Shown here in pieces: positions 60,626 through 64,000 of a DNA stretch of 64,000 nt. A model generated the notes under the pieces. The model was not told the DNA's origin, ran no database searches, and saw only the letters and a list, made by a program, of their open reading frames with translations. How positions within the stretch are numbered: position 1 is the stretch's first letter; each line of letters starts with the position of its first letter. The position numbers and the translations under genes are program-made. Source of the stretch: a virus. The DNA is taken from IMG/VR virus record IMGVR_UViG_3300026488_000020, positions 1 through 64,000 of that record, one strand, 5' to 3'.

Positions 60626-62144
60626 TGGGTCAAATGATAAAAAAATTATTCTTGAAGAATATAAAGATGATGAATCAGTTAAAAAATATTTAGTATATGT
60701 TTATGATGAAGTAAATTATGTTTACGGTAAATCAAGTTTACCTAAAAATTTAGTATCTGAAAGTGAAGAACTTGTTGATATTGATGATGGGGAAGATGCA
60801 TTCTATAAACTTATAAATGACATGTCTACTCGAAAAATTGTCGGAAAAGAAGCAGATAAAGAAATAAATTCTTTTATTATTCAAAATCACCCATTTTATC
60901 AAAATTTATTATTGTACATTTTAAAGAGAGATATAAAAGCATCTGTTGGAGCAAAGTTAATAAATAAAGTTGTTCCGAAACTAATTTTAATTTGGCCATA
61001 TCAACGATGTGAATCAGAATCATATATGAAGAAAAGAATCGTCTATCAAACAGATGGAGATAATCATGGTGCAATGGCTCAATCGAAAGCTGATGGTTCA
61101 TTTTTAAATGTAGTTGTGTCTCCAGAAGTCGGTAATGTATCAGCAACTACTCGATATGGTAGAGAAGCCCAAACTTCTATATTTTTAAATACTTTATCAA
61201 ATATTCCAACATTGATGGATTTTGATGAAGATTGGGTAATTCATGGAGAACTTTTAATTAAGAATCCTGATGGAACTATTATGGAACGTGCTAAGGGTAA
61301 TGGTAAAATTAATAAGTTTAATAAAAGAAATAGCACTTGGAAAGAGATGCAAAATAAACTAGATAAAGCAAAAACATCAAAAGCTTGTGAGAAAATTGAA
61401 AAAGAGATGGATGAGGCACATGCAGAATGGTTATATATTTCTAAGAATCTTGTTTATGAAGTATGGGATATTTTACCATATGAGAATTGGATGTCTCTAG
61501 AATATTCAGTTGATACATTAACTCGTTTTAACACTATAATGGATTGTGTTGCAAAATATAATGATTATATTGAAAAAGCAGGTACAAATATTAATAATTG
61601 TGAATTACGAATAATTGACCACGAAATTGTTTTTGATGAAGAACAAGCTATGGAATTCTATCAAAAACAATTAGATGCTGGTCTAGAAGGCATGGTAATT
61701 AAAAATCTTGATGCAACATGGGAACATGATACAAATCGTCAAGGAATTATTAAACTTAAAGATTTTAAAGAAAATGATTTAATTATTGTTGGTGTTAAAA
61801 TGGCTGATCCTGATTCAGCATTCGCTGGTGGTATTGGAGCATTAATTGTTGAATCGTCAGATGGTATCATTCATACAAATGTTAGTGGTATGAAGAGACA
61901 CGAAAGAGGATTAGAAAGAGTTGATCCAAATGACTCATCAAAAGGTCTTAAAATTATCGATGGTTTCGATTTTGAACAATTTACAGGTAAAGTTGCTGCT
62001 GTAAAATATAATGAGATGTCTTGTAACAAGCAAGGGTCTTATGATTTATTTCTTGCAAATGTTTTAGAAATAAGAGACGCGTCTGATAAGTCGTTTCCAG
62101 ATGACTTTGAAAAAATTAAGAAAGAAGCAAAATTTAAAGGATAG
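60582..62144 (+). CDS. ATP-dependent DNA ligase (T4 gp30-like)
   Basis: AQSKADGSF, TRYG, HGELL, VWDIL, GLEGMVIKN, IKLK, NVSG, EIRD. Confidence 0.9.
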   Translation: MKTVMEMILRLQSTSGSNDKKIILEEYKDDESVKKYLVYVYDEVNYVYGKSSLPKNLVSESEELVDIDDGEDAFYKLINDMSTRKIVGKEADKEINSFIIQNHPFYQNLLLYILKRDIKASVGAKLINKVVPKLILIWPYQRCESESYMKKRIVYQTDGDNHGAMAQSKADGSFLNVVVSPEVGNVSATTRYGREAQTSIFLNTLSNIPTLMDFDEDWVIHGELLIKNPDGTIMERAKGNGKINKFNKRNSTWKEMQNKLDKAKTSKACEKIEKEMDEAHAEWLYISKNLVYEVWDILPYENWMSLEYSVDTLTRFNTIMDCVAKYNDYIEKAGTNINNCELRIIDHEIVFDEEQAMEFYQKQLDAGLEGMVIKNLDATWEHDTNRQGIIKLKDFKENDLIIVGVKMADPDSAFAGGIGALIVESSDGIIHTNVSGMKRHERGLERVDPNDSSKGLKIIDGFDFEQFTGKVAAVKYNEMSCNKQGSYDLFLANVLEIRDASDKSFPDDFEKIKKEAKFKG

Positions 62145-62146
62145 AA

Positions 62147-62488
62147 ATGCATTTTAAAACGGTAAGTTCAAAGAAAACCGTAAAATCAAAGGATAGTTTT
62201 AGTCGAAAATGGAGTGCCAGTACAACAGTAAGAGCTGTAAATTTAGGCAATGTTTATATTATTAAAGTTAAATCAAATATTGATTCATCATTTGGTATCA
62301 CTTTAGGAAATTTTGAATTAATGTATCTTAAAGATGGTAAATGGTTACAGATAGCGAATGGTTATGATATTGATAATGATATTATGAGTAAATTTAAAAT
62401 GGGGACATATGATAGTATTGAATTAGCTTATGAACAATGGTTCAATCTATGTATAGATTATGTTATTAAAATAGAGGATGGTTTATAA
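62147..62488 (+). CDS. Hypothetical protein
   Basis: AAGGA RBS. Confidence 0.65.
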   Translation: MHFKTVSSKKTVKSKDSFSRKWSASTTVRAVNLGNVYIIKVKSNIDSSFGITLGNFELMYLKDGKWLQIANGYDIDNDIMSKFKMGTYDSIELAYEQWFNLCIDYVIKIEDGL

Positions 62489-62548
62489 ACCATCCATAAA
62501 ATTGTATGGAATAATATTGTTATTTCTATACTAACTAAGGAAAAATAA

Positions 62549-62884
62549 ATGCGAGAAACATTTAATGAATTTATAAAAAAAGATCATGATTTATTTAATC
62601 AATTGATTGAGGTTAATCCTAACCTAGCTGAGAAGTCAGTTAAAAATGATAAGTATATTGTTTATTATAAAAATGATTTAATTTTAGTATTAGATAACAG
62701 ACCTTCTGCGGTATTCATAATGGGAGTTATTGTTCGAGAAGATAAAAGAAATAATGGCATTTGTACAAATGCTTTAAAAGATGCAATGATGGATATAAAC
62801 AAACCTTATTATGCAATTCCTCAAAATGATATTGCTAAGCACATTATGTTAAAATTAGGTGTGAAGTTTTTTAAAGCAAAATAA
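62549..62884 (+). CDS. GNAT-like acetyltransferase
   Basis: GVIVREDKRNNGICT (acetyl-CoA-binding motif A-like), N..A.....KLG. Confidence 0.55.
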   Translation: MRETFNEFIKKDHDLFNQLIEVNPNLAEKSVKNDKYIVYYKNDLILVLDNRPSAVFIMGVIVREDKRNNGICTNALKDAMMDINKPYYAIPQNDIAKHIMLKLGVKFFKAK

Positions 62885-63023
62885 TGACAAAACGATCTTT
62901 ATCGATAAAGATCGTTTTATAAAAGCAAAATAATGACAAAACGATCTTTATCGATAAAGATCGTTTTATAAAAGCAAAATAATGACAAAACGATCTTTAT
63001 CGATAAAGATCGTTTTATAAAAG
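62873..63023. repeat. Three tandem 49-bp repeats, each containing the 30-bp perfect palindrome
   Basis: aaagcaaaataatgacaaaacgatctttatcgataaagatcgttttata x3; palindromes at 62889, 62938 and 62987. Confidence 0.92.
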
Positions 63024-63032
63024 GAAATTAAT

Positions 63033-63347
63033 ATGTCAAAAGAAATTTGGGAAGAAGACCCAGCAAATTTATTAAAAAATTTAGATACTGATGCTAGTCA
63101 TTGGGCGCGAGCCTTTATGTCTAGAATTGAACATGGGTATTTTACAAAAGAAGGTATTGATGAAGATTTAATGATATCATGGTTTGCAAATGCTATTGAG
63201 AATGCTAAAGATTCTGAGAGATTTGTGTATGCGAAACCTGATGAAATGGATGAAATTTTAGATACTATGATGAATGAATGTAATGATCATAATGAACGAT
63301 CGAAAAGCATTAATGTAAACACAGCAAAGGTTGTTAATAATGGATAA
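63033..63347 (+). CDS. Hypothetical protein
   Basis: DASHWARAF...MISWFANAIE; AAGGA RBS. Confidence 0.7.
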   Translation: MSKEIWEEDPANLLKNLDTDASHWARAFMSRIEHGYFTKEGIDEDLMISWFANAIENAKDSERFVYAKPDEMDEILDTMMNECNDHNERSKSINVNTAKVVNNG

Positions 63348-63498
63348 AGAAGATTTTTATGATATGTTATTATCATTTGCTAAGATGTCTCAAACAATTG
63401 ATGATAAACATTTTAAAACTATTTTAGATTCAGTTGATGCTGAAAAATATGATAATGATATGAAAGTAGAATTTGCAGATATGGTTAGGAGTTTTTAA
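63340..63498 (+). CDS. Small hypothetical protein (52 aa, not in ORF track)
   Basis: MDKEDFYDMLL...; fills an operon gap. Confidence 0.5.
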   Translation: MDKEDFYDMLLSFAKMSQTIDDKHFKTILDSVDAEKYDNDMKVEFADMVRSF

Positions 63499-63780
63499 AT
63501 GAAACCTTTAGGATTTAATGTACAATCAGAAATGGTGTCAGCAATGTCTGCGATGAACATGAGAGAAGATGATGCTGAAAGATATATTTATTTTACAGAC
63601 ATATATGATTCAGTTAAGAACGCTCATAATATGTGTTCAAATAATATACAATCACCATCAGAAGATATATTATTAAAAGTTATTGAATTGTTAAAACATG
63701 ATGATTTACACAAAAAGCATTTTTTATTAAATCATGCTATCGAACACATTGAATCAGCGATAGAGGCGTTAAATCGCTAA
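63499..63780 (+). CDS. Hypothetical protein
   Basis: AGGAG RBS. Confidence 0.65.
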   Translation: MKPLGFNVQSEMVSAMSAMNMREDDAERYIYFTDIYDSVKNAHNMCSNNIQSPSEDILLKVIELLKHDDLHKKHFLLNHAIEHIESAIEALNR

Positions 63781-63834
63781 GAAATTTTACAGAGTTATTT
63801 CTAACTTAACTCTGAATTTATATGAGGAGAAAAT

Positions 63835-64000
63835 ATGAATTTTAAATTAGTACAGGAAGCTATTCAACGAGGATGGAGTACAACAGAAACTGATTTTGAT
63901 AATATAATATTTGATCAAGATTTTTTAGATTGGACAAGTATTGAATCATATGATAATGATGATATACTGGAAGTATATGAAGAAGTATCAAAAGAAGAAT
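63835..64000 (+). CDS. Partial hypothetical protein (runs off the right edge)
   Basis: GAGGAG RBS, MNFKLVQEAIQRGW... Confidence 0.6.
   Translation, partial: MNFKLVQEAIQRGWSTTETDFDNIIFDQDFLDWTSIESYDNDDILEVYEEVSKEE

Noticed and set aside
1108-61146. Numerous short opposite-strand or out-of-frame ORFs in the track (e.g. 1108-1326, 3733-4032, 47864-48235, 54097-54426)
   Set aside because: They lie within well-supported genes, lack an RBS and have no recognisable motifs
62873-63023. Possible CRISPR array (palindromic 30-bp repeats)
   Set aside because: The intervening 19-bp sequences are identical rather than unique spacers, and no cas genes are present
1-64000. Chimallin, PhuZ tubulin, DNA polymerase, capsid/terminase genes, tRNA genes, alternative genetic code
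   Set aside because: No recognisable motifs or cloverleafs by eye; genes tile well in the standard code with TAA, TAG and TGA all used as stops

Overview
Very AT-rich, gene-dense segment that reads as part of a jumbo (phiKZ/AR9-like) bacteriophage genome in the standard genetic code. A minus-strand block (1-8574) is followed by a regulatory/non-coding zone (8575-10154) and then a long plus-strand block. The window encodes parts of two distinct multisubunit RNA polymerases. It also encodes a primase-helicase, clamp loader, RecJ, RNase HI, two type II topoisomerase subunits, DNA ligase, RNA ligase, a nucleotidyltransferase, two QueC-family proteins (one GAT-QueC), a GGDEF protein and several homing-type endonucleases. 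The main finding is that the catalytic DxDGD motif of one RNAP beta-prime subunit is cut between two separate, permuted genes. ORF 2943-4193 ends in ...KPLGGD followed by a 41-aa intein N-fragment, and ORF 7411-8574 is a 328-aa intein C-fragment ending in Asn and followed by SDGD.... This implies a naturally split intein that rebuilds the polymerase active site by protein trans-splicing. Secondary findings are a recurrent GTTAnnATAGAAAT promoter-like motif, a dispersed palindrome family and candidate small structured RNAs. All calls come from motif recognition by eye; no database searches were run.
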